In this document: positions 1 to 12,879 of the stretch, in pieces | Position numbering within the stretch: the stretch's first letter is position 1 | Layout: every line of letters starts with the position of its first letter | NCBI RefSeq assembly: GCF_036971445.1 | Contig: NC_091470.1 | Span: forward strand, 278,070,001 to 278,134,000 | DNA: 64,000 bases | Reading direction: 5' to 3' | DNA from: Narcine bancroftii | Lineage: Eukaryota | Notes under the pieces: generated by a model | The model's input: only the letters and a program-made list of their open reading frames with translations | What the model was told of the DNA's origin: nothing | The model's database searches: none | Program-made: the position numbers and the translations under genes

Positions 1-745
1 CTTCGGAGGCTACTGACTAACATAGAGAGTTCATTACTAATAATAAAAAAGGAAGGTAAACATTGGATCCAAACACCAAAAATTTAGTTAATCTTACAAA
101 TTGTGAAAGTAATTAAGAACCCCATAAAGAAACAAAGTCAAGATTCATTTCATTAGTGGAACATCTAATTTTTTCCCAAGTCAGACATGCCATCGCATCA
201 GACAACCACTGATTATGAATGGGAGGGACAGCCTCTTTCCATCTAATTAAAATGACCCTCTTTGTGTTAAGGTAGGCGAGAGCAACTACATGGGATTGTG
301 AGGCAGTTAGAATTAAACCAGATGGCCCACTTATTCCCAAGGATTTGGAGTCAGTAATATTAAGAACTAAAGACATGGTATGAAATACCCCTTCTCAAAA
401 ATTGGAAAGAGAAAGACATAACCAGAATATATGATACAATGTACCTTCTTCAATTATACATTTATTACATTTAGAAGTGAGATCAGAATAAAATTTGACC
501 AATTGGACTTTGGAATAGTGGGCCCAGTGTTCTACCTTAAATTGTAATAATGAATGTCTAGCACAAAGAGAGGATGAAAATTACTTGAAAATATTGTTCT
601 CATAGTTTTTTAACTCTGCCCAGAGATTGGTCCCTAGATACAGGCCAGATGCCACCCCTTTGTAATTAGTTTAAAATTATAAATCATCCCTATCATATTA
701 GGTTCCAGCTCTTTGGGAGCCTCAAAATTACAGAATTTAATTTGA
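1..745 (-). mobile_element. Decayed L1-type LINE, 3' part of ORF2
   Basis: Minus strand near 420-480 reads C-x-K-C...EGTLYHIFW, the L1 C-terminal zinc-knuckle region. ORF 113-376 (RVILIRWKEAVPP...WLSDAMACL) resembles the L1 ORF2 C-terminus. Confidence 0.7.
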
Positions 746-1040
746 GTTTAAAATTCTGGTTTGGAATATATGAGTAGTGTGGCTAGAATATAACACCTTG
801 AAAACCGAGCTATTGCTTGAGCACTGGGGCTTGCGGCACTGCAAGGAGATCACCCAGATACAATGTGAGATGGAGATACTACAGCAGTGTTGCTCCACCA
901 TGGGAGAAGCAGTCCAGGTCCCACAAAACCAGGCCAGAAAATAAATAGTCTGAACTGTGAGGTAGTCAAGGTGCACCAGTTGGGGTAGGGGGGTGGGGGG
1001 AGACAGTTCCAACCTGTTGTCTGGGAAAAGAAACATCTAG

Positions 1041-3020
1041 ATGGATAGTGAGGTCACCAAGGGCCATGACTTCCTTGAGGGCTCCAGGGTTACCCCTGCA
1101 CTGGTGGGACACCTGGTCACCACTGCCCATCCCGACTTAAAAGGTGTGGAATTGTCTCTAATTGGCCCAGCAGCCAGGAAGACAGTAAGGGACACCACCA
1201 GTCTACTGGAAAGGCTAGGTACATGGGGAGGGGAGCATGTGCTTGGGTCTGGAAGATAGAAAAGAAGGCTGAGGATAGGGAATTACGTATGACCCGCAAA
1301 GCATGTACATTGCACTGCTGCAGGCAGGGGTAGCTAAGGACCTAATTAACAGGATGTCCACCCCCACTCTGTGTACACTCTGGAAGGAGTGTTGTGCGGG
1401 GCAGTCGAAAAAACGTGTGATCCATCTCCTAAAGGCAAGGGTTGGCCTGATCCCACATTGGCTCTCCCTCCAGACTCACACCGAGTCCCTGCAGGAAGCT
1501 GTAGCAGCAGCAGGAATTGACCAGTGAGTGGTGACCTTCCACTCTGTTACCACAGGATTGGGGCCAGGTCTCCGGCGGATTTTTTTTGCAACTCTCTTCT
1601 GACAGGAGACCCAACGCCCTGTATCCCTTTGGCCGTACAGTGGGGAAAGGGTAATATCCAGCGATGGCCGACACTGGTGGACATTGTTGCCGAGCACACA
1701 TCAACCCAGGCAACTGACACATGGCGGGAACCCTGGGTTAACATCAAGGGTTTAGGGGCTCCATCATCACTGCCTAGAAAGGGAAAGGTTGTAGTGCACA
1801 GACCAGGGAACACACAATGGGTTACATTACTGGGGGAACACACAGCGACTAACCCGGAGAGAGTGAGTTTGTCCTCACTTACAGGGTGACATTTGTGGAT
1901 GCTGATAGCAGTGATAACAGCATTGATTTGCAGAAGGAGATCCTACAATACCTTCCTCAAAGAGGCTTACGAGTATGTCAGCAGAACTAACACATTAAAC
2001 TGCTGGATTTATATGAGGACTCCTGCCCATGTGCCACTGAAGGACATGCGCTGACCCAGATCCCTTTCAACCCTCAAGAAAGGGACTGGGGGGTAATTGT
2101 CCAGCTTCATGGGTATTGATATCCTGTTTTGGGGAGGCCAGGAGATAGTGGTCCCCAAATAAGTTCACTCCATAGCATAAAGCACCTCATATCAAGTGAT
2201 GCCCTGTGGGTGGGTGCTTCAAGAGCTGGTATTTCCCTGCATGTGATTTGCCCAACACTAATATTTTGACTCTCAGATTCATTCCCCAATCGGTGAGCAA
2301 GGGAAAAGAATGTTTGTGCAGATGGTATAATCAGCAATGGTCCAAACTATTGGTGGGACAGAGCATGTGCAAGCAGGAACTACATCCAGGAATGACAGTG
2401 CCCATAACCAATGATCCAATGAAGGTGGATGCCTACAGCGAATATCAGAGCAAAAGGGTGATTACTGAGACAGAGAGGATCTGGATGGGTGACTTTCTCC
2501 AGTACGGACCTGCCCAATTGTCCTGAGAAGTAATACGTATGACCACTGATGAAGACACTGACCAACAAGATGGCTGTGGTACTAAAGCATACAGAGTACA
2601 CATTGACTCCGGCAGCAGATGAAGTGATGGCTGTACAGATGGTGTTCTTGCAGAATTGGATGGCTCTGAATTACTTGCTCACAGATGACCTGTGTTGTTG
2701 TAGGTAAAGAGTGTTGCACTTACATTCCAGATAAATCGGGGAATATCATTCAGTTGGCGGATCATATAAGAGAGTCAGTGAACAAAACAAAGAGAGGGAC
2801 CAGTTCCTTGAACACCACACTTCATGGTGGCCTTTTGGGGGAGTGGGAAGTTGGTGGGCCAGAGTAATTCATTGGGTCATCAGGGAGTATTGTTCTGGTG
2901 TGCTGTCTATGCAATTTAATAAATCATCTGCGTGGTTTGTATTAGCCTGTGAATGGATTGGGGGGTGATTGTAACTTCTAAGGGTTGAAATTCTATATGG
3001 AGTGTCACCTGACAAGGTTA
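1041..3020 (+). mobile_element. Endogenous retrovirus relic: class III (ERV-L/S-like) gag-pro, pol largely deleted, gamma-type env
   Basis: MYIALLQAGVAKDLINRMSTPTLCTLWK (ERV-L-like gag C-terminus); LAVQWGKGNIQRWPTLVD (ERV-L-like protease start); env SU NCWIY near 2000; SKR|VITE cleavage-like site near 2450; TM immunosuppressive motif LQNWMALNYLL (2648-2680) followed by CVVVGKECC (CX6CC); G-rich PPT 2960-2965 then TGTAA at 2970. Confidence 0.65.
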
Positions 3021-3169
3021 GGATCAGTCTTAGAGGTTTGAGTTCTGCAGTCCAGAAAGAGGCCCTTCAGCCCAAATTGTCCATGCCAACCAAGCTAGTC
3101 TCCCTGAATTCAACCTACATCCCCTTAAACCTTTCTTATTCATCTACTTGTCTAAATGTCTTTTAAAAA

Positions 3170-4460
3170 CTACTTAGGAAGGTAATATAAGATGAGGCCC
3201 TTGAAGAATACAAAGGAAGCAAGGGTGGGCATAATCAAAAGAAATTAGGTGAAGAATGGGGCATGAAATATCATTAACTAGACAAGTTTAAGGAAAACAC
3301 TATAACATTAATAAGGGCAAGAGGATAATGAAAGTAAGAGTCAGGCTCAAAGGGTTTAATTTAATGATACAGTGTGACATAACTCAGCTGGAGAGCTGGA
3401 CAGAACAATGGCAGATAAAATTTAATCCAGATAAGTATGAGGTCATATTTGTTCAACATGCAATTTGAGAGGTCAAATTCTGGCAGGGGCCTTAGAAGAT
3501 AATATACGGAAACACTTTGTGGTACAAGTCCAGGGGTCCCTGGAAGAAGTGATACAGGTGGAAAGGGTAGTGAACAAGACATTTGGAAAATTTTAAAAGA
3601 GATTTTTCACAGTGCTCAGCAAAAGTATAAAATCAAGGACAGAAAGGGTGGGGGGAGCCAGCCTTTGATAATTAAGTGAATAAAGGAAGGTATGAAACTA
3701 AAACCTCATGCCAACAAAGTTACCAAGAGTGGTGAAAACTGGAAGATTGGGAAAATGCTAAAAAGCTACAAAAAACTATTAAGCAAGCAATAAAGAAAGG
3801 GACAACAGATGATGAAAGTTAACTAGAACACATTATAAAAGCAGATAGTAATTTTTGTATTATCTAAGGCAGAAAAGGATGGCCAAAGTGAACATTGTCC
3901 TTGGAAGATGAGAAAGGAAAATATTGGGTTATGTGAAATAGCCACAACCTTGAATGGCCATTTTGTGCAGGTCTTCACAGTGGAAGACACTTCTAATATC
4001 CCAAAGAGTGCTGCAAAAGATGCAATGGAATGTGCAGACCTCGATACATAGGTCGACGAGTACCATGTTCCTGTTGGAATGCATCCCAGAATGACTGGGT
4101 GGGTCCCAGCAGATTGAGATTCAGCAAATGTCAGGCCATTGTTTAAAAAAAAGAAAAAAAGATGTAGGTAAAGGCAGATAACTATAGACCAGTTAGCTTA
4201 ATGTCTGTACTTGGAAAAATGCTTGAAGCCATCTTTAAGGAATAGCTAGACATCTGGATAGAAACTGCTTTGTCAGGCAGATGCAGTAGGAATTCAGGAA
4301 GGGCAGGTCATGTTTGATAAATGTACCGGAGTTCTTTGAGGATACAATGAGTGCACTGAATAAAGAGGAACAGGTGAATGTCATATACTTGGATTTCCAG
4401 AAGGCATTCAACAAGATACTGCATTAAAGAATTGTTCATAAGATAAGGATGCATCATACA
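3170..4460 (+). mobile_element. Decayed CR1-type LINE fragments
   Basis: Degenerate RT segments (NYRPVSL near 4180; VIYLDFQKAFNK near 4380) with many stops. Confidence 0.65.
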
Positions 4461-4469
4461 AGTACGCTA

Positions 4470-5360
4470 GAGGAATTCAGCAAGATAGGGAGTAAAGGGT
4501 AACCAAGGTTTTTGGCCTGAACCCTTCTTCAGGAATAAGAAACAGGCAGACACCAGAATAAAATGGTGGGGATCGGGGGGGGGGTGGGGGGGGAGGAGGA
4601 GAAGAGGGAGGAAGGGGAATGGAAGTACAGGCTAACAAGTAAGAGGTAATAGTTAGATGTGGATGGGAGGGTAAAAGGAAAAAAAGCTGAGAAGTGACAT
4701 AAAGAGAGCAAAGGGCAGTTTCTCTGATAGGAAAAGGAAGGGAGTGGGGAGCTGGAGAAAAAGAGGGGGATAGTGAAAGAGAGACATGGGGAGGAGGGTT
4801 CATGGAAATTGGAGGTCTATGTTAATGCTGTGCAGTTGGAAACGGTTGAGGTGGAATATAAGGTATTGTTCCTCCAAGTTGTGTGTGGCCTGGGTTTGGG
4901 AGTACTTGAGGCCATGGACAGACATGTCGGTGTGGCAAAGAGTTGTGGAATTAAAATGGTTGGACACTACAAAGTCCTTTCAGTGGCAGCAGACAGAGCT
5001 GCAGCAGACTCCATAAATTTCTGCCACTTACAATGGGACCCCATCACCAAAGTCATCTTCTCCCCCCCCCCCCACCCCACCCCCCCACCTCGCTCTCCAT
5101 AGGGACAGCTCCATCTGGAACTCCCTTGTCCACTCATCACTTACTAATAATCACCCCCTTGTAACTGCAGGAAATGCTACATTTACACCTTCACCTCCTC
5201 CCTTACCATTATTCATAGCCCCAAACAGTCCTTTCTAGTGAAGCAACACTTGTAAATCTGCATTTGGTGCTCCCAATGTGGCCTACTCTACATCAGGGAG
5301 ACTGATTATAGACTGGGAGATTATCTAATTGAGCACCTTCGCTCTGTCCGCTGCAACAGC
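4470..5360. mobile_element. Penelope-like element fragments (GIY-YIG remnant)
   Basis: 5263-5350 on + reads WCSQCGLLYIRET...LGDYLIEHLRSVR. A similar purine-rich block recurs at 15060-15500. Confidence 0.55.
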
Positions 5361-6449
5361 ATGGTCATATTGAATAGCAGGGCAAGCTTGAGGGACCAAG
5401 TAACCTAATCTTGCTCTTATTTTCTTGTGTTCTAGATAAGGTAGTGAAGAAAATATATGGAATTCTTGCCTTCATAAACTAGGTACATTCGTTAAGCCAC
5501 ATCTTAAATACTGTTTACAGTCTGGGTCTTCACACTGTAGACAGGGTTGACTGCCTACAGTGTGAAGATTGTGCAATGGAGATTCCCCAAAAGGATGCAA
5601 TACACAAATATGCTGGAGAAACTCAGCAGTTCACACAGCATCCATAGGAAGTCAAGGGCAACAAACATTCCAGGGTCCCATCCTTCAACAGTTAATAAAG
5701 AAATCAAATTGCAAATGCAACTAGTGTCAGAATAACATATTATTCCCTTTATTTTCAACTCAGCTGAGTTGTATCTTTCAGCAGAATTTTAACGGAAGTA
5801 GATTTTACACCCTTGGATACCCCTGGAAGAAATTATCAGAAATGTTCAGGGACTTGAGCTATCCCATGCAAAATCAAGGCAGTTATACAATCACGATCTT
5901 ATAGACAATTGCTCAGAATCATTCATTGCTAGTTGTATGCCACATCAGCACATCTGATCGAAGAGATTCAAGCAAAGACTTAAGATGCATAGTCATGGAT
6001 ACACAGGGTTGCAGAAAAGAGGCAATATCTTAAGAAAGCAACCTCAATCCTCAAGGACCCCCACCCCCCAGGTCATGCCCTCTTCACTCTTTTACCATCG
6101 GGAAAGAGGTACAGGACCCTAATGATGGAACATTTTTCCGTTGAGCTAGGAAGCTGTGTGGTGACTGGTAAGAGATTTATAACATCAATAAGGTCAATTG
6201 TCACACTGTTTCCCAGAGTAGGGAATCTAAAACTCAGGGATATAGATTTAAGGTGAGAGGGGATCAATTTAAAGGCAACCTGGGGGTTACCTTTTTCACA
6301 CAGGAAGTTGAGAGTTTCTGAAAGGAACTGACTGAGGAAATGGCAGAGTCGGGTACAACTGAAACATTCAAAAGACATTTAGACCAGAACATGGATCGAC
6401 ATCCTTAGTGCAAGTCTATGAAAGGTGATACATTTGAAACAATCTCATC

Positions 6450-6797
6450 TAATGGTTCTCAACCTTTTTCTTTCCACCCACATACCACTTTAAGTAATCC
6501 CTATGCCATCAGTGCTCTGTGATTAGTAAGGAATTGTTTAAGGTGGTATGCAAGTGGGAAGGGAAGGTTGAGGATCACTGCTCTAGACCCAATTATTACT
6601 GAAATATTTTAAGAAAAATTGTCATTTTGGCTTATTTCCTTTGGAGTTATGAAACTGTTCACATAAGTCAATTAGGTACGATTAAAACAGTGGTTTTCAA
6701 ACTTTTTCTTTCTACCCACATACCACCTTAAGCAATCCCTTACTAATCACAGAGCACCTATGACATAGGGAATTAAAGTGGAGGTTGAGAATCACTG
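6450..6797. mobile_element. hAT-type MITE made of two inverted subunits
   Basis: Termini (C/T)A(A/G)TGGTT(C/T)TCAA...TTGAG(A/G)ATCACTG occur twice (6450-6580, 6688-6797). 8-bp TSD ATCTCATC (6442-6449) / ATCTAATC (6798-6805). Confidence 0.75.
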
Positions 6798-7756
6798 ATC
6801 TAATCCCAAACGTTGGCTCTGGTTCACTTTTCACTGACTTGCTGTGTTTCCTGACTTGTTTCTCATTTCAAACAACACATTCTGGCCAACTCCGCACAGA
6901 TCGCGCACAGTTTAAGGTTGTGCATTCCTATAAACATTTGCTGAAGGAGAATTTTTTTTTTAAGTGATCCCCAACAACTATTCTGTTCAATGAATCCAGG
7001 GAACCATTCAGGGGAAAACACAAAGCAGGCGACAATGTGAGCGTCGCTAAAGGCCGCAGGTACTTCACAGGAGTGGTTCAAATATGGGTGGACGCTTGGC
7101 CAGAGTTTTAGCTAGAAAGGTATGGGCGGGGGCAGATGGGGGATAGCTCCAATAGGCAGCATGGTGGGAAGGGAATTTTAGCTCCAGGGTCCACACTGCT
7201 ACTTATGCGAGAGATTAAACATCTCTTTTGTGAAACTTTGGAACAGTCACTTCAATCGGCCGTGGCCAATTGGATTAGTTGGGGAAGGGGAGAGGAAAAT
7301 ATAATCTCCTGGAGAAACTCAGCAGGTCGAATAGCATTTATAGGAGAAAAGGAATGGTCGACATTTCGAGCTGGAACCTTTCAGGAAGAGGATGGAGCTC
7401 TCTTCCACTTAACCGCGACCAGTAATTCACAAGAGGGGAGCCCGGGGCGGGACCCTGTCACTCTCCCAGAAGAACTGATGCATTTCTCCCACAGAGTCAT
7501 CCCCAACTACACCATCTCGTCATTTCGCTTATCCCTGCTTGCGGGGTCTTGCTGAGCACTCATTTCAATAGCGTTTGGCATAGATGGGCTGGGTCTCTCT
7601 GTACATTCTCCGCCAGGAAGGAGGTATTTCAACCTTGTGGTCGGTTGAGAGCTGACACATCTGATGACGGGTGTGATGTAGGGAGGAAAGCCGCATCCTT
7701 TTCCCCCAACTGCCCATTTTTATCGAATGCAAGCAGCGGAACGGCACAGCGGAGCC

Positions 7757-8196
7757 ATGAAGGTGGGGAGCGCGGTGTTACCGGTTTTCCTGGCGTGGTC
7801 CTTCTGTGAGTGCCACATGTTTAGCTCAACTTAAGGTTCGTGCTGTCCGACGATCTGAAATAACTGTGATGTTCATTCAGCAGGTGGCTGCCACTCTCTA
7901 TCTTTGCACCAGCCCACGTTGTCCATTACCAGACCGACTGGGAAAATCGCCCGTTTTCGCTGCTTGATTGACACGGGAGATTTCATCAACCTTGTTGTGC
8001 ATTGGTACCGAAGTATTGAGAGCGGAGGCTTCCGGCGCATCCTCTACATCCAGGCAAACAAGGCGGCAGTGAGGGACGCGGGTTCTTCGGACAGATTCAC
8101 CGCTGAGAACTTGATCAAGGGAAACTTCAGTCTGCTGGATGTAAGAGACATAGAGGAGAGCGACGCGGGGGATTACTACTGTGCCACTTGGGACAC
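7757..8196 (+). CDS. TRGV: TCR gamma-like V segment 1 (leader 7757-7805, intron 7806-7880 or 7883, V exon to 8196)
   Basis: Leader MKVGSAVLPVFLAWSF + GTGAGT donor. Open V exon LHQPTLSITRPTGKIARFRC...VVHWY...RILY...DRF...DAGDYYCATWD followed by an RSS. Confidence 0.9.
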
Positions 8197-8235
8197 CACA
8201 CTGTCACAGTCGCACAGGAGCGCAGAACAAATACT
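8197..8235 (+). other. 23-spacer RSS of V1
   Basis: CACACTG (8197-8203), 23 nt, ACAAATACT (8227-8235). Confidence 0.9.
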
Positions 8236-9137
8236 CAGTACGGCGGGGTCTTGCAGTTCTTCCCGCTCCAGTCAGCTTAAACAAACCGAAATTCAGGTGG
8301 ACAGTCTCGACCCCAAACGTTGACTGTCTATTTCTCTCCATGGATGCTGCTCGATTTGTTGGGTTTCGCTCCAGTTTCCTTAAATCTCGAGTTCACTGGC
8401 TTCCTGGACTCAATCCTAGTAACAACGCAATGTATCCAGTGCCGGTGAACACCCAGGACACGAGAGCTCAGGGCTGCAGAACCGGGACTGTGCGCCGTAG
8501 GGAAAACGGGGACCTGGATCCATTGAGCTACGCTAGTAATTTCCGCGCTCAGGTTAAAAACTCTCACCACCTGGACTCAAGAAAATCAGAATAAAGAGCG
8601 CCGAGGCCTTACATAGAGTGGGATAAGTAAACGCAACGACCCGCAGCGAGTTGAGCTCCGAGTGTGGATAGAACAGGTTAAGAGGGGATCTGGTAGAAAA
8701 ACCTTGAGAGGAAGTCCTGGAAACAGTCAAATGGTCAGGCAACATCTGTGGAGCAAGAAACTGTTCAGGCGGTCGACCTAACTGGAGGTAAAACAAATCC
8801 GTTTCAGGTGGCGGAGGGTGAGAAGAGCAGAGAAAAAGAGAGCAAGGTGGATAGGTCAATGCGTCCATCTCTGATAGCATAAGGCCAGGTTTAGCACAGC
8901 GATTAGATGATCTGGTCATCAGTCACAGAAGGACCACTTGACGCTGGGCAATTCTTATAGTTCTGACACACACTTTTCAGTCTTTAGGCACCTTTATGAT
9001 TTGATTTCCATCATTAACCTGTTAAATCAGTGGTTTACCACCAGACTGTCCACGCAGCAACCACCTGTGCCGTTCTGTAACATAAGGAAATATTATAACC
9101 ATTTGCAATCAGAATACACTGTAAATGTAGTGGTGGT

Positions 9138-12100
9138 TGTCACATTTGTGGCCCGAAATGTGAAGTTAATAAAACATTAAACACAAGTTTTATCAGGTAA
9201 GCTTTATTCTCCCGTTTTCCTTTGTTCTCCTGCTTGTGTTCTTATCTCTCCCTCATACCACGTGACTTCCAGTACATCTCATACATATTCATTATCATGA
9301 CATCCCTCCTTTAATCAGAAATAAACTTTACCTTCACTTACCAATATCCCTGGAAACATACAAACATCGTAACTAATGGTAATACTATAACTCAACTACA
9401 TAAAATTTACTTCCTACAGCACTCATACATGCACTTTATGATATAAGATTAAAATACTGTCCCAAAGTTCTTATTAAAACTATGGCACAAAGTCTTCGTA
9501 TCGTTTGGGCACTTTCTGGTTTCGTTTCGGCCTGCCTGCGATATTGTCGTCGCTTCTCGGTTGTTCACTCTCAGCGTCGGAAATACTGCTCACCACGGCT
9601 TCGGGTGTTTCTGGAGCTCTAGTCACTTCATCAGGAGTGCTGGTAACTGCCTCTGGAACATCATCAGGTCTCTCAGTTTCAGCATCTCGTATTGGCCTTT
9701 CAACCTCTTCGCTCGATGTATCTCTGGACTGGTACCTTTTTACACCTGATACATTTCTCTTATACAGGACTCCAGTCAGAGACTTGACTGTCACCATACT
9801 GCCACTTCTGGATACGACAGTATAGGGTTGATGGTAATAAGGTGTGTCTAGCTTACCACCAGTTTCATGCCTCACTAGAACATTATCTCCTGGCATGATG
9901 TCTGAATACTTGGCTCCACGTTTCGAATCTGTGTACAGCTTTGTTGCACCTTTCTTTTCAGCATCGTGGTCCCTCATCTCCCGGTCGTCTCGGATTTCCT
10001 TTATTTCTGGCATTTTTGTGCGGATTTTTCTCCCAAAAAATGCTTCTGCAGGACTTTTTCCAGTGGTTGCATGAGGCGTTGCTCGATAGACAGCCACATA
10101 AGATAGCAATGCTTCTCACCAATTTTGTCCTTCTGCGTGTGCAATCCTCAATCGTTTTTCAATGGACTGATTTTGTCTCCCTACTTCTCCATTGGCTTGC
10201 AGCCATTTCGGAGTTACTTTATGATGGTGGATACCTGTGGTCCTCATGTATTCCGCAAATGTCTCTGAAATGAATTGTGGACCATTGTCAGAGTATAATG
10301 TAACAGGTAATCCATATCTTGCGAATATCTCTGCTAACGCTTGTATTGTTTTTTCAGTGGTTGTGGACTTCAACACCACGTACTCATAGTATCTGCTGTA
10401 GTAATCTATCACTACCATAATTGATTCACCCGTCGGTAAAGGTCCAAGAAAATCAACAGCTACGTCGATCCATGGTCCTGTCGGGAGTTGCGTACTCCGG
10501 ATCGGTTCTGGCGGATTACTCCTACTTGTGATTTGACATCCGTGACAAGTTTTAACAAATCTCTCTGCGTCTTTATCACAACCTGGCCACCATACCTTGG
10601 TCCTGAGGTTTTGCTTGGTACCAACAATACCTAGATGTCCTTCATGCGCTAAGGATACGATCTTCGGTCTCAATCTTTGCGGTATCACCAATCTGCAACC
10701 TCTTAATACACACTGTCCGATGCAACAAAGTTCATCTCTAATGGGAATGTAAGCCTTGTGAGTACACTTGTCCCATTGTCCACTCTGTATGCATTCTCTT
10801 ACTTCCATGAGTTCTGGATCACGTTCGGATTCTCTCTCGACTTCCTTCGTAGTCACAGCTTTCGGTGTCGACTGAAGCATACAAAGCTCTCTGTTTCTGT
10901 TCCCAATTCTGACTTGGATTGTGGACCTCCATCCTTCACCAATCTGGACAGTGGATCTGCAATGTTTGCTTTCCCTGCAATGTGGATTACTTTATATTTG
11001 TAGGGTTGTAGTCTGAGTACCCATCTCTCAATTCTGGCACATGGTTTGGATCTAGGTGCATAGATCACCTCTAATGGCTTATGATCTGTGATGAGTTCAA
11101 ATTCAATGCCGTATAAATATGCATGGAACCTCTCACAGGCCCATACAAGTCCGAGTGCTTCTTTCTCTGTCTGAGAGTATCTTCTTTCCACATCTGATAA
11201 CGATCTGCTGGCATAGGCAATGATTCTTGGTCCTCCATCATGCATCTGGACCAACACGGCTCCTAAACCAACTGGGCTGGCATCCGCTATGACTTTGGTT
11301 GATGCCACCGGATCATAATATCCAAGAGTTTTTGCATCTGTCAGGCTTTGCTTCAGCGCTGTGAACGCTTTCTTCTGCTCAGATCCAAAATGAAATGGTA
11401 CTCCTTTCCTGGTTAGTTTCCTTAGTGGTTCTGCCACTGTAGCGAAATTAGGAATGAACTTTGCACAAAAATTGACCAATCCCAGGAAACTCCTCACCTC
11501 TGTTGCGTTCTGAGGTGCACATGCCTCTGCAATAGCTTTCACCTTGGCCTCTGCAGGGTTTAGTCCTTCCCGTGAAAGTCTGTGTCCCATGAAGTCCATT
11601 TCTGACACACCGAACTGGCACTTGTTTCCATTCACGGTAAGGCCTGCCTCCTGTAGTCTAGACAGTACACGCCTCAACCGTTTGTCATGCTCTTCCTTCG
11701 TTGGTACATGAACTATGATGTCGTCAGAAATGTTGGCAACTCCAGGAATGCCTTGAATCACTCGATGGATTTCATACTGGTAGATCTCCGAAGCTGCATT
11801 GGACTTGCTTTTGCACTTCTTTGCAAAGTGGTCCTTACCTCTACACTTTCTGCAAACTTTGCCTTTGGCCGGGCAATATGGGTCTTTTCCAAAGTGACCT
11901 CGGTTTTCACATCGATAACACTCCACGTCCTGTGTCGACGCATATCTTGGCTGGTTATGGCGATGTGAGAGCCTCTTAATTTGCTGGCTTGAGTTGTCTT
12001 TCAGGGTCATGGTATGAAATTGCCCTTCAACAGCCTCTAATGCAGCAGTAATGGTTAAAGCATCAGTGAGTTCCAACTCACTCCCTCTTTCCAGTAGACG

Positions 12101-12879
12101 TCTTCTGAGTTTATCTGATCTGCAGTGCTGTACGACTTGATCCAGTTATTGGTGGTCGAAATCAGCTGGCATGTAATTGCATCCAACAGCTAGCTGGCGT
12201 AGTTTTGTCACGTACTGAGCAATCGTCTGGCCATCTTCTTGTCTCGTTCTCCGAAACAAATGGCGTTGAAATGAAGCATTCGGTGTCACTACATAGTGTG
12301 CGTTTAATGCATCTACCACTTTCCGGTACTCATCCTTTCTTCCAGTATTCAAAAGTGTCTTAAATGTTTCCTGAACTGCAGGTCCAGCAGTGAAAAGAAG
12401 TAACGCCCTTCTCTGTGCTTTTTCTTCAACTGTACCGGTATCTAGAAATAGGCCACGACTGTCGGCGTAGGATTCAAATTCTTCCAGCCATGCCTTCCAC
12501 TTCACACTTACAGTACTTGCATCACCCGTTGGGTCAAAATGAGCAATTCCACTATGTGTTAGAAAGTCACCGTCTGCCCCAGCCATGAGGAAATATTCCA
12601 GCCCCAAAAGTACTGAGTCACAGAGAAAATTCTTATCACCTTGAAGTTGTCTGTAATCCTCTGCAATCTTGTTTAATCTTTAATTTTCTTCAAGCTTCTT
12701 TCATCCTCATCGCCAATGTCACATTTGTGGCCCGAAATGTGAAGTTAATAAAACATTAAACACAAGTTTTATCAGGTAAACTTCTCAGTGGCTTTATTTT
12801 CCCGTTTCCTTTGTTCTCTTATCTCTCTCTCATACCACGTGACTTCCGGTACATCTCATACATATTCATTATCATGACA
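9138..12879 (-). mobile_element. Ty3/Gypsy LTR retrotransposon with both LTRs, internally deleted
   Basis: LTRs TGTCA...TGACA at 9138-9302 and 12717-12879; 5-bp TSD GTGGT; PBS TGGCGATGAGGATG (12702-12715, tRNA-Ser-like); PPT 9303-9314. ORFs encode gag, CCHC knuckles, RT/RNase H (DASPVGLGAVL) and integrase (HHCC, SDNGPQF), with frameshifts and stops. Confidence 0.95.

Noticed and set aside
7136-7555. 139-aa ORF upstream of V1 as an extra gene or V relic
   Set aside because: No Ig motifs or RSS, and it contains a Penelope-like repeat fragment.
8205-8235. Second heptamer-like CACAGTC inside the V1 spacer (possible dual 12/23 RSS)
   Set aside because: It is 15 nt from the nonamer, neither 12 nor 23.
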